A DNA stretch of 64,000 nt from the human T2T-CHM13v2.0 reference genome, Homo sapiens: the NCBI RefSeq assembly GCF_009914755.1, contig NC_060940.1; one strand, 5' to 3'. Both the position numbers and the translations under genes were made by a program. Numbering within the stretch: position 1 is the stretch's first letter; each line of letters starts with the position of its first letter. Shown here in pieces: positions 1-12,229 of the stretch. Under the pieces are notes generated by a model that saw nothing but the letters and a program-made list of their open reading frames with translations, had not been told where the DNA came from and did no database searches.

Positions 1-87
1 ACAGAGTTCAACCTTCCTTTAGACAGAGCAGATTTGAAACACTCTTTTTGTGGAATTTGCAAGTGGAGATTTCAAGCGCTTCGATGC

Positions 88-104
88 CAATGGTAGAAAA
101 GGAA
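88..104 (+). promoter_or_regulatory. pJalpha-box-like motif of the A-type monomer (representative; alternates with CENP-B boxes throughout)
   Basis: CAATGGTAGAAAAGGAA occupies the box position 171 bp upstream of the CENP-B box at 259. It is an imperfect match to the pJalpha consensus CTAYGGTGRAAAAGGAA. Confidence 0.65.
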
Positions 105-258
105 ATATCTTCGTATAAAAACAAGACAAACTCGTTCCCAGACACTGCGTAGTGATGTGTGTGTTTAACTCACAGAGTTTCACCTTTCTTTTCATACAGC
201 ATTCTGGAAACCCTCTGTTTGTAAAGTCTGCAAGTCGATATTTGGACCTCTTAGATGC

Positions 259-275
259 CTTCGTTGGAAACGGGA
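259..275 (+). promoter_or_regulatory. CENP-B box, dimer 1 (representative; repeated in every HOR)
   Basis: CTTCGTTGGAAACGGGA, exact canonical 17-mer. Confidence 0.97.
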
Positions 276-598
276 TTTCTTCATATAATGCTAGAGGGAA
301 GAATTCTTAGTAACTTCTTTGTGTTGTGTGTATTCAACTGACAGAGTTGAACCTTCCTTTAGACAGAGCAGATTTGAAAGTCTCTTTTTGTGGAATTTGC
401 AAGTGGAGATTTCAAGCGCTTTGAGGCCAAAAGCAGAAAAGGAAATATTTTCCTATAAAACCTCGACAGAATCTTTCTCAGAAACTGCTCTGGGATGTGT
501 GCGTTCAACTCACAGAGTTTAACTTTTCTTTTCATTCAGCAGTTTGGAAACACTCTGTTTGGAAAGTCTGCACGTGGATATTTTGACCTCTTTGAGGC

Positions 599-615
599 CT
601 TCGTTGGAAACGGGT
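599..615 (+). promoter_or_regulatory. CENP-B box, dimer 2 (representative)
   Basis: CTTCGTTGGAAACGGGT with all 9 core positions (nTTCGnnnnAnnCGGGn) intact. Confidence 0.95.
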
Positions 616-938
616 TTTTTTCATGTAAGGCTAGACAGAAGAAATCTCAGTAACTTCCTTGTGTTGTGTGTATTCAACTGACAGAGTTGAACCTTCCTTT
701 AGACAGAGCAGATTCGAAACACTCTTTTTCTGCAATTTGCAAGTGGAGACTTCAAGCGCTTTGAGGCCAAAGGCAGAAAAGGAAATATCTTCGTATAAAA
801 ACCCGACAGAATCATTCTCAGAAACTGCTCTGTGATGTGTGCGTTCAACTCACAGAGTTTAACTTTTCTTTTCATTCAGCAGTTTGGAAACACTCTGTTT
901 GTAAAGTCTGCAAGTGGATATCTTGGCCTCTTAGAGGC

Positions 939-955
939 CTTCGTTGGAAACGGGT
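939..955 (+). promoter_or_regulatory. CENP-B box, dimer 3 (representative; core-mutated in B-type HORs)
   Basis: CTTCGTTGGAAACGGGT, core intact in this copy. Confidence 0.95.
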
Positions 956-1273
956 TTTTTCATGTAAGGATAGACAGAGGAATTCCCAGTAACTTCCTTG
1001 TGTTGTGTGCATTCAACTCACAGAGTTGAACGATTCTTTACACAGAGCAGATTTGAGACACTCTTTTGGTGGAATTTGTAAGTGGAGAATTCAGCCGCTT
1101 TGAGGTCAACGGTAGAAAAGGAAATATCTTCGTATAAAAACTAGACAGAATGATTCTCAGAAACTGTTTTGTGATGTGTGCGTTCAACTCACAGAGTTTA
1201 ACCTTTCTTTTCAGAGAGCAGTTAGGAAACACTCTGTAAAGTCTGCAAGTGGATATTCAGACCTCTTTGAGGC

Positions 1274-1290
1274 CTTCGTTGGAAACGGGA
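1274..1290 (+). promoter_or_regulatory. CENP-B box, dimer 4 (representative; core-mutated in four HORs)
   Basis: CTTCGTTGGAAACGGGA. Confidence 0.96.
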
Positions 1291-1609
1291 TTTCTTCATA
1301 TTATGCTAGACAGATGAATTCTCAGTAACTTCCTTGTGTTGTGTGTATTCAACTCACAGAGTTGAACGATCCTTTACACAGAGCAGATTTGAAACACTGT
1401 TTTTCTGGAATTTGCAAGTGGAGATTTCAGCCGCTTTGAGGTCAATGGTAGAAAAGGAAATATCTTCGTATAAAAACTAGACAGAATGATTCTCAGAAAC
1501 TCCTTTGTGATGTGTGCGTTCAACTCACAGAGTTTAACCTTTCTTTTCACAGAGCAGTTAGGAAACACTCTGTGAAGCCTGCCAGTGGATATTCGGACCT
1601 CTTTCAGGC

Positions 1610-1626
1610 CTTCGTTGGAAACGGGA
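1610..1626 (+). promoter_or_regulatory. CENP-B box, dimer 5 (representative)
   Basis: CTTCGTTGGAAACGGGA. Confidence 0.96.
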
Positions 1627-4600
1627 TTTCTTCATATTATGCTAGACAGAAGATTTCTCAGTAACTTCTTTGTGTTGTGTGTATGCAACTCACAGAGTTC
1701 AACCTTCCTTTAGAAAGAGCAGATTTGAAACACTCTTTTTGTGGAATTTGCAAGTGGAGATTTCAAGCGCTTCGATGCCAATGGTAGAAAAGGAAATATC
1801 TTCGTATAAAAACAAGACAAACTCGTTCCCAGACACTGCGTAGTGATGTGTGTGTTTAACTCACAGAGTTTCACCTTTCTTTTCATACAGCATTCTGGAA
1901 ACCCTCTGTTTGTAAAGTCTGCAAGTCGATATTTGGACCTCTTAGATGCCTTCGTTGGAAACGGGATTTCTTCATATAATGCTAGAGGGAAGAATTCTTA
2001 GTAACTTCTTTGTGTTGTGTGTATTCAACTGACAGAGTTGAACCTTCCTTTAGACAGAGCAGATTTGAAAGTCTCTTTTTGTGGAATTTGCAAGTGGAGA
2101 TTTCAAGCGCTTTGAGGCCAAAAGCAGAAAAGGAAATATTTTCCTATAAAACCTCGACAGAATCTTTCTCAGAAACTGCTCTGGGATGTGTGCGTTCAAC
2201 TCACAGAGTTTAACTTTTCTTTTCATTCAGCAGTTTGGAAACACTCTGTTTGGAAAGTCTGCACGTGGATATTTTGACCTCTTTGAGGCCTTCGTTGGAA
2301 ACGGGTTTTTTTCATGTAAGGCTAGACAGAAGAAATCTCAGTAACTTCCTTGTGTTGTGTGTATTCAACTGACAGAGTTGAACCTTCCTTTAGACAGAGC
2401 AGATTCGAAACACTCTTTTTCTGCAATTTGCAAGTGGAGACTTCAAGCGCTTTGAGGCCAAAGGCAGAAAAGGAAATATCTTCGTATAAAAACCCGACAG
2501 AATCATTCTCAGAAACTGCTCTGTGATGTGTGCGTTCAACTCACAGAGTTTAACTTTTCTTTTCATTCAGCAGTTTGGAAACACTCTGTTTGTAAAGTCT
2601 GCATGTGGATATCTTGGCCTCTTAGAGGCCTTCGTTGGAAACGGGTTTTTTCATGTAAGGATAGACAGAGGAATTCCCACTAACTTCCTTGTGTTGTGTG
2701 CATTCAACTCACAGAGTTGAACGATTCTTTACACAGAGCAGATTTGAGACACTCTTTTGGTGGAATTTGTAAGTGGAGAATTCAGCCGCTTTGAGGTCAA
2801 CGGTAGAAAAGGAAATATCTTCGTATTAAAACTAGACAGAATGATTCTCAGAAACTGTTTTGTGATGTGTGCGTTCAACTCACAGAGTTTAACCTTTCTT
2901 TTCAGAGAGCAGTTAGGAAACACTCTGTAAAGTCTGCAAGTGGATATTCAGACCTCTTTGAGGCCTTCGTTGGAAACGGGATTTCTTCATATTATGCTAG
3001 ACAGATGAATTCTCAGTAACTTCCTTGTGTTGTGTGTATTCAACTCACAGAGTTGAACGATCCTTTACACAGAGCAGATTTGAAACACTGTTTTTCTGGA
3101 ATTTGCAAGTGGAGATTTCAGCCGCTTTGAGGTCAATGGTAGAAAAGGAAATATCTTCGTATAAAAACTAGACAGAATGATTCTCAGAAACTCCTTTGTG
3201 ATGTGTGCGTTCAACTCACAGAGTTTAACCTTTCTTTTCACAGAGCAGTTAGGAAACACTCTGTTTGTGAAGCCTGCCAGTGGATATTCAGACCTCTTTC
3301 AGGCCTTCGTTGGAAACGGGATTTCTTCATATTATGCTAGACAGAAGATTTCTCAGTAACTTCTTTGTGTTGTGTGTATGCAACTCACAGAGTTCAACCT
3401 TCCTTTAGACAGAGCAGATTTGAAACACTCTTTTTGTGGAATTTGCAAGTGGAGATTTCAAGCGCTTCGATGCCAATGGTAGAAAAGGAAATATCTTCGT
3501 ATAAAAACAAGACAAACTCGTTCCCAGACACTGCGTAGTGATGTGTGTGTTTAACTCACAGAGTTTCACCTTTCTTTTCATACAGCATTCTGGAAACCCT
3601 CTGTTTGTAAAGTCTGCAAGTCGATATTTGGACCTCTTAGATGCCTTCGTTGGAAACGGGATTTCTTCATATAATGCTAGAGGGAAGAATTCTTAGTAAC
3701 TTCTTTGTGTTGTGTGTATTCAACTGACAGAGTTGAACCTTCCTTTAGACAGAGCAGATTTGAAAGTCTCTTTTTGTGGAATTTGCAAGTGGAGATTTCA
3801 AGCGCTTTGAGGCCAAAAGCAGAAAAGGAAATATTTTCCTATAAAACCTCGACAGAATCTTTCTCAGAAACTGCTCTGGGATGTGTGCGTTCAACTCACA
3901 GAGTTTAACTTTTCTTTTCATTCAGCAGTTTGGAAACACTCTGTTTGGAAAGTCTGCACGTGGATATTTTGACCTCTTTGAGGCCTTCGTTGGAAACGGG
4001 TTTTTTTCATGTAAGGCTAGACAGAAGAAATCTCAGTAACTTCCTTGTGTTGTGTGTATTCAACTGACAGAGTTGAACCTTCCTTTAGACAGAGCAGATT
4101 CGAAACACTCTTTTTCTGCAATTTGCAAGTGGAGACTTCAAGCGCTTTGAGGCCAAAGGCAGAAAAGGAAATATCTTCGTATAAAAACCCGACAGAATCA
4201 TTCTCAGAAACTGCTCTGTGATGTGTGCGTTCAACTCACAGAGTTTAACTTTTCTTTTCATTCAGCAGTTTGGAAACACTCTGTTTGTAAAGTCTGCAAG
4301 TGGATATCTTGGCCTCTTAGAGGCCTTCGTTGGAAACGGGTTTTTTCATGTAAGGATAGACAGAGGAATTCCCAGTAACTTCCTTGTGTTGTGTGCATTC
4401 AACTCACAGAGTTGAACGATTCTTTACACAGAGCAGATTTGAGACACTCTTTTGGTGGAATTTGTAAGTGGAGAATTCAGCCGCTTTGAGGTCAACGGTA
4501 GAAAAGGAAATATCTTCGTATAAAAACTAGACAGAATGATTCTCAGAAACTGTTTTGTGATGTGTGCGTTCAACTCACAGAGTTTAACCTTTCTTTTCAG

Positions 4601-6018
4601 AGAGCAGTTAGGAAACACTCTGTAAAGTCTGCAAGTGGATATTCAGACCTCTTTGAGGCCTTCGTTGGAAACGGGATTTCTTCATATTATGCTAGACAGA
4701 TGAATTCTCAGTAACTTCCTTGTGTTGTGTGTATTCAACTCACAGAGTTGAACGATCCTTTACACAGAGCAGATTTGAAACACTGTTTTTCTGGAATTTG
4801 CAAGTGGAGATTTCAGCCGCTTTGAGGTCAATTGTAGAAAAGGAAATATCTTCGTATAAAAACTAGACAGAATGATTCTCAGAAACTCCTTTGTGATGTG
4901 TGCGTTCAACTCACAGAGTTTAACCTTTCTTTTCACAGAGCAGTTAGGAAACACTCTGTTTGTGAAGCCTGCCAGTGGATATTCGGACCTCTTTCAGGCC
5001 TTCGTTGGAAACGGGATTTCTTCATATTATGCTAGACAGAAGATTTCTCAGTAACTTCTTTGTGTTGTGTGTATGCAACTCACAGAGTTCAACCTTCCTT
5101 TAGACAGAGCAGATTTGAAACACTCTTTTTGTGGAATTTGCAAGTGGAGATTTCAAGCGCTTCGATGCCAATGGTAGAAAAGGAAATATCTTCGTATAAA
5201 AACAAGACAAACTCGTTCCCAGACACTGCGTAGTGATGTGTGTGTTTAACTCACAGAGTTTAACCTTTCTTTTCATACAGCATTCTGGAAACCCTCTGTT
5301 TGTAAAGTCTGCAAGTCGATATTTGGACCTCTTAGATGCCTTCGTTGGAAACGGGATTTCTTCATATAATGCTAGAGGGAAGAATTCTTAGTAACTTCTT
5401 TGTGTTGTGTGTATTCAACTGACAGAGTTGAACCTTCCTTTAGACAGAGCAGATTTGAAAGTCTCTTTTTGTGGAATTTGCAAGTGGAGATTTCAAGCGC
5501 TTTGAGGCCAAAAGCAGAAAAGGAAATATTTTCCTATAAAAACTGGAGAGAATCATTCTCAGAAACTGCTCTGTGATGTGTGTGTTCAACTCACAGAGTT
5601 TAACTTTCTTTTCATTCAGCAGTTTGGAAACACTCTGTTTGGAAAGTCTGCACGTGGATATTTTGACCTCTTTGAGGCCTTCGTTGGAAACGGGTTTTTT
5701 TCATGTAAGGCTAGACAGAAGAAATCTCAGTAACTTCCTTGTGTTGTGTGTATTCAACTGACAGAGTTGAACCTTCCTTTAGACAGAGCAGATTCGAAAC
5801 GCTCTTTTTCTGCAATTTGCAAGTGGAGACTTCAAGCGCTTTGAGGCCAAAGGCAGAAAAGGAAATATCTTCGTATAAAAACCCGACAGAATCATTCTCA
5901 GAAACTGCTCTGTGATGTGTGCGTTCAACTCACAGAGTTTAACTTTTCTTTTCATTCAGCAGTTTGGAAACACTCTGTTTGTAAAGTCTGCAAGTGGATA
6001 TCTTGGCCTCTTAGAGGC

Positions 6019-6035
6019 CTTCGTTGGAAACGCGT
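6019..6035 (+). promoter_or_regulatory. Core-mutated CENP-B box (CGGG>CGCG); same allele at 14497, 17890, 29758, 38234, 46705, 55181
   Basis: CTTCGTTGGAAACGCGT read directly. The allele also shows as GNAFF instead of GNGFF in the ORF track. Confidence 0.92.
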
Positions 6036-9000
6036 TTTTTCATGTAAGGTTAGACAGAGGAATTCCCAGTAACTTCCTTGTGTTGTGTGCATTCAACTCA
6101 CAGAGTTGAATGATTCTTTACACAGAGCAGATTTGAGACACTCTTTTGGTGGAATTTGTAAGTGTAGAATTCAGCTGCTTTGAGGTCAACGGTAGAAAAG
6201 GAAATATCTTCGTATAGAAACTAGACAGAATGATTCTCAGAAACTGTTTTGTGATGTGTGCGTTCAACTCACAGAGTTTAACCTTTCTTTTCAAAGAGCA
6301 GTTAGCAAACACTCTGTTTGTAAAGTCTGCAAGTGGATATTCAGACCTCTTTGAAGCCTTCGTTGGAAACGGGATTTCATCATATTATGCTAGACAGATG
6401 AATTCTCAGTAACTTCCTTGTGTTGTGTGTATTCAACTCACAGAGTTGAACGATCCTTTACACAGAGCAGATTTGAAACACTGTTTTTCTGGAATTTGCA
6501 AGTGGAGATTTCAGCCGCTTTGAGGTCAATGGTAGAAAAGGAAATATCTTCGTATAAAAACTGGACAGAATGATTCTCAGAAACTCCTTTGTGATGTGTG
6601 CGTTCAACTCACAGAGTTTAACCTTTCTTTTCACAGAGCAGTTAGGAAACACTCTGTTTGTGAAGCCTGCCAGGGGATATTCGGACCTCTTTGAGGCCTT
6701 CGTTGGAAACGGGATTTCTTCATATTTTGCTAGACAGAAGATTTCTCAGTAACTTCTTTGTGTTGTGTGTATACAGCTCACAGAGTTCAACCTTCCTTTA
6801 GACAGAGCAGATTTGAAACACTCTTTTTGTGGAATTTGCAAGTGGAAATTTCAAGCGCATCGATGCCAATGGTAGAAAAGGAAATATCTTCGTATAAAAA
6901 CAAGACAAACTCGTTCCCAGACACTGCGTAGTGATGTGTGTGTTTAACTCACAGAGTTTAACCTTTCTTTTCATACAGCATTCTGGAAACCCTCTGTTTG
7001 TAAAGTCTGCAAGTGGATATTTGGACCTCTTAGATGCCTTCGTTGGAAACGGGATTTCCTCATATAATGCTAGAGGGAAGAATTCTTAGTAACTTCTTTG
7101 TGTTGTGTGTATTCAACTGACAGAGTTGAACCTTCCTTTAGACAGAGCAGATTTGAAAGTCTCTTTTTGTGGAATTTGCAAGTGGAGATTTCAAGCGCTT
7201 TGAGGCCAAAAGCAGAAAAGGAAATATTTTCTAATAAAAACTAGACAGAATCTTTCTCAGAAACTGCTCTGGGATGTGTGCGTTCAACTCACAGAGTTTA
7301 ACTTTTCTTTTCATTCAGCAGTTTGGAAACACTCTGTTTGGAAAGTCTGCACGTGGATATTTTGACCTCTTTGAGGCCTTCGTTGGAAACGGGTTTTTTT
7401 CATGTAAGGCTAGACAGAAGAAATCTCAGTAACTTCCTTGTGTTGTGTGTATTCAACTGACAGAGTTGAACCTTCCTTTAGACAGAGCAGATTCGAAACA
7501 CTCTTTTTCTGCAATTTGCAAGTGGAGACTTCAAGCGCTTTGAGGCCAAAGGCAGAAAAGGAAATATCTTCGTATAAAAACCCGACAGAATCATTCTCAG
7601 AAACTGCTCTGTGATGTGTGCGTTCAACTCACAGAGTTTAACTTTTCTTTTCATTCAGCAGTTTGGAAACACTCTGTTTGTAAAGTCTGCAAGTGGATAT
7701 CTTGGCCTCTTAGAGGCCTTCGTTGGAAACGGGTTTTTTCATTTAAGGTTAGACAGAGGAATTCCCAGTAACTTCCTTGTGTTGTGTGCATTCAACTCAC
7801 AGAGTTGAATGATTCTTTACACAGAGCAGATTTGAGACACTCTTTGGGTGGAATTTGTAAGTGGAGAATTCAGCCGCTTTGAGGTCAACGGTAGAAAAGG
7901 AAATATCTTCGTATAAAAACTAGACAGAATGATTCTCAGAAACTGTTTTGTGATGTGTGCGTTCAACTCACAGAGTTTAACCTTTCTTTTCAAAGAGCAG
8001 TTAGGAAACACTCTGTAAAGTCTGCAAGTGGATATTCAGACCTCTTTGAGGCCTTCGTTGGAAACGGGATTTCTTCATATTATGCTAGACAGATGAATTC
8101 TCAGTAACTTCCTTGTGTTGTGTGTATTCAACTCACAGAGTTGAACGATCCTTTACACAGAGCAGATTTGAAACACTGTTTTTCTGGAATTTGCAAGTGG
8201 AGATTTCAGCCGCTTTGAGGTCAATGGTAGAAAAGGAAATATCTTCGTATAAAAACTAGACAGAATGATTCTCAGAAACTCCTTTGTGATGTGTGCGTTC
8301 AACTCACAGAGTTTAACCTTTCTTTTCACAGAGCAGTTAGGAAACACTCTGTTTGTGAAGCCTGCCAGTGGATATTCAGACCTCTTTCAGGCCTTCGTTG
8401 GAAACGGGATTTCTTCATATTATGCTAGACAGAAGATTTCTCAGTAACTTCTTTGTGTTGTGTGTATGCAACTCACAGAGTTCAACCTTCCTTTAGACAG
8501 AGCAGATTTGAAACACTCTTTTTGTGGAATTTGCAAGTGGAGATTTCAAGCGCTTCGATGCCAATGGTAGAAAAGGAAATATCTTCGTATAAAAACAAGA
8601 CAAACTCGTTCCCAGACACTGCGTAGTGATGTGTGTGTTTAACTCACAGAGTTTAACCTTTCTTTTCATACAGCATTCTGGAAACCCTCTGTTTGTAAAG
8701 TCTGCAAGTGGATATTTGGACCTCTTAGATGCCTTCGTTGGAAACGGGATTTCTTCATATAATGCTAGAGGGAAGAATTCTTAGTAACTTCTTTGTGTTG
8801 TGTGTATTCAACTGACAGAGTTGAACCTTCCTTTAGACAGAGCAGATTTGAAAGTCTCTTTTTGTGGAATTTGCAAGTGGAGATTTCAAGCGCTTTGAGG
8901 CCAAAAGCAGAAAAGGAAATATTTTCCTATAAAACCTCGACAGAATCTTTCTCAGAAACTGCTCTGGGATGTGTGCGTTCAACTCACAGAGTTTAACTTT

Positions 9001-9747
9001 TCTTTTCATTCAGCAGTTTGGAAACACTCTGTTTGGAAAGTCTGCACGTGGATATTTTGACCTCTTTGAGGCCTTCGTTGGAAACGGGTTTTTTTCATGT
9101 AAGGCTAGACAGAAGAAATCTCAGTAACTTCCTTGTGTTGTGTGTATTCAACTGACAGAGTTGAACCTTCCTTTAGACAGAGCAGATTCGAAACACTCTT
9201 TTTCTGCAATTTGCAAGTGGAGACTTCAAGCGCTTTGAGGCCAAAGGCAGAAAAGGAAATATCTTCGTATAAAAACCCGACAGAATCATTCTCAGAAACT
9301 GCTCTGTGATGTGTGCGTTCAACTCACAGAGTTTAACTTTTCTTTTCATTCAGCAGTTTGGAAACACTCTGTTTGTAAAGTCTGCAAGTGGATATCTTGG
9401 CCTCTTAGAGGCCTTCGTTGGAAACGGGTTTTTTCATGTAAGGATAGACAGAGGAATTCCCAGTAACTTCCTTGTGTTGTGTGCATTCAACTCACAGAGT
9501 TGAACGATTCTTTACACAGAGCAGATTTGAGACACTCTTTTGGTGGAATTTGTAAGTGGAGAATTCAGCCGCTTTGAGGTCAACGGTAGAAAAGGAAATA
9601 TCTTCGTATAAAAACTAGACAGAATGATTCTCAGAAACTGTTTTGTGATGTGTGCGTTCAACTCACAGAGTTTAACCTTTCTTTTCAGAGAGCAGTTAGG
9701 AAACACTCTGTAAAGTCTGCAAGTGGATATTCAGACCTCTTTGAGGC

Positions 9748-9764
9748 CTTCCTTGGAAACGGGA
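9748..9764 (+). promoter_or_regulatory. Core-mutated CENP-B box (TTCG>TTCC); same allele at 11443, 50434, 58909
   Basis: CTTCCTTGGAAACGGGA read directly. Confidence 0.92.
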
Positions 9765-12229
9765 TTTCTTCATATTATGCTAGACAGATGAATTCTCAGT
9801 AACTTCCTTGTGTTGTGTGTATTCAACTCACAGAGTTGAACGATCCTTTACACAGAGCAGATTTGAAACACTGTTTTTCTGGAATTTGCAAGTGGAGATT
9901 TCAGCCGCTTTGAGGTCAATGGTAGAAAAGGAAATATCTTCGTATAAAAACTAGACAGAATGATTCTCAGAAACTCCTTTGTGATGTGTGCGTTCAACTC
10001 ACAGAGTTTAACCTTTCTTTTCACAGAGCAGTTAGGAAACACTCTGTTTGTGAAGCCTGCCAGTGGATATTCGGACCTCTTTCAGGCCTTCGTTGGAAAC
10101 GGGATTTCTTCATATTATGCTAGACAGAAGATTTCTCAGTAACTTCTTTGTGTTGTGTGTATGCAAATCACAGAGTTCAACCTTCCTTTAGACAGAGCAG
10201 ATTTGAAACACTCTTTTTGTGGAATTTGCAAGTGGAGATTTCAAGCGCTTCGATGCCAATGGTAGAAAAGGAAATATCTTCGTATAAAAACAAGACAAAC
10301 TCGTTCCCAGACACTGCGTAGTGATGTGTGCGTTTAACTCACAGAGTTTCACCTTTCTTTTCATACAGCATTCTGGAAACCCTCTGTTTGTAAAGTCTGC
10401 AAGTCGATATTTGGACCTCTTAGATGCCTTCGTTGGAAACGGGATTTCTTCATATAATGCTAGAGGGAAGAATTCTTAGTAACTTCTTTGTGTTGTGTGT
10501 ATTCAACTGACAGAGTTGAACCTTCCTTTAGACAGAGCAGATTTGAAAGTCTCTTTTTGTGGAATTTGCAAGTGGAGATTTCAAGCGCTTTGAGGCCAAA
10601 AGCAGAAAAGGAAATATTTTCCTATAAAACCTCGACAGAATCTTTCTCAGAAACTGCTCTGGGATGTGTGCGTTCAACTCACAGAGTTTAACTTTTCTTT
10701 TCATTCAGCAGTTTGGAAACACTCTGTTTGGAAAGTCTGCACGTGGATATTTTGACCTCTTTGAGGCCTTCGTTGGAAACGGGTTTTTTTCATGTAAGGC
10801 TAGACAGAAGAAATCTCAGTAACTTCCTTGTGTTGTGTGTATTCAACTGACAGAGTTGAACCTTCCTTTAGACAGAGCAGATTCGAAACACTCTTTTTCT
10901 GCAATTTGCAAGTGGAGACTTCAAGCGCTTTGAGGCCAAAGGCAGAAAAGGAAATATCTTCGTATAAAAACCCGACAGAATCATTCTCAGAAACTGCTCT
11001 GTGATGTGTGCGTTCAACTCACAGAGTTTAACTTTTCTTTTCATTCAGCAGTTTGGAAACACTCTGTTTGTAAAGTCTGCAAGTGGATATCTTGGCCTCT
11101 TAGAGGCCTTCGTTGGAAACGGGTTTTTTCATGTAAGGATAGACAGAGGAATTCCCAGTAACTTCCTTGTGTTGTGTGCATTCAACTCACAGAGTTGAAC
11201 GATTCTTTACACAGAGCAGATTTGAGACACTCTTTTGGTGGAATTTGTAAGTGGAGAATTCAGCCGCTTTGAGGTCAACGGTAGAAAAGGAAATATCTTC
11301 GTATAAAAACTAGACAGAATGATTCTCAGAAACTGTTTTGTGATGTGTGCGTTCAACTCACAGAGTTTAACCTTTCTTTTCAGAGAGCAGTTAGGAAACA
11401 CTCTGTAAAGTCTGCAAGTGGATATTCAGACCTCTTTGAGGCCTTCCTTGGAAACGGGATTTCTTCATATTATGCTAGACAGATGAATTCTCAGTAACTT
11501 CCTTGTGTTGTGTGTATTCAACTCACAGAGTTGAACGATCCTTTACACAGAGCAGATTTGAAACACTGTTTTTCTGGAATTTGCAAGTGGAGATTTCAGC
11601 CGCTTTGAGGTCAATGGTAGAAAAGGAAATATCTTCGTATAAAAACTAGACAGAATGATTCTCAGAAACTCCTTTGTGATGTGTGCGTTCAACTCACAGA
11701 GTTTAACCTTTCTTTTCACAGAGCAGTTAGGAAACACTCTGTTTGTGAAGCCTGCCAGTGGATATTCGGACCTCTTTCAGGCCTTCGTTGGAAACGGGAT
11801 TTCTTCATATTATGCTAGACAGAAGATTTCTCAGTAACTTCTTTGTGTTGTGTGTATGCAAATCACAGAGTTCAACCTTCCTTTAGACAGAGCAGATTTG
11901 AAACACTCTTTTTGTGGAATTTGCAAGTGGAGATTTCAAGCGCTTCGATGCCAATGGTAGAAAAGGAAATATCTTCGTATAAAAACAAGACAAACTCGTT
12001 CCCAGACACTGCGTAGTGATGTGTGCGTTTAACTCACAGAGTTTCACCTTTCTTTTCATACAGCATTCTGGAAACCCTCTGTTTGTAAAGTCTGCAAGTC
12101 GATATTTGGACCTCTTAGATGCCTTCGTTGGAAACGGGATTTCTTCATATAATGCTAGAGGGAAGAATTCTTAGTAACTTCTTTGTGTTGTGTGTATTCA
12201 ACTGACAGAGTTGAACCTTCCTTTAGACA

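Larger units (their letters stand above)
1..1691 (+). repeat. First HOR copy (arbitrary phase): 5 dimers / 10 monomers, 1691 bp
   Basis: ACAGAGTTCAACCTTCCTTTAGA at position 1 recurs at 1692. Five CENP-B boxes lie within. EcoRI sites at 301, 980, 1087 and 1316. Confidence 0.95.

Noticed and set aside
100-125. TATAAAA (TATA-box-like) motif in A-type monomers
   Set aside because: It is an intrinsic part of the alphoid consensus. Centromeric transcription is known, but no promoter or defined ncRNA can be supported from the sequence alone.
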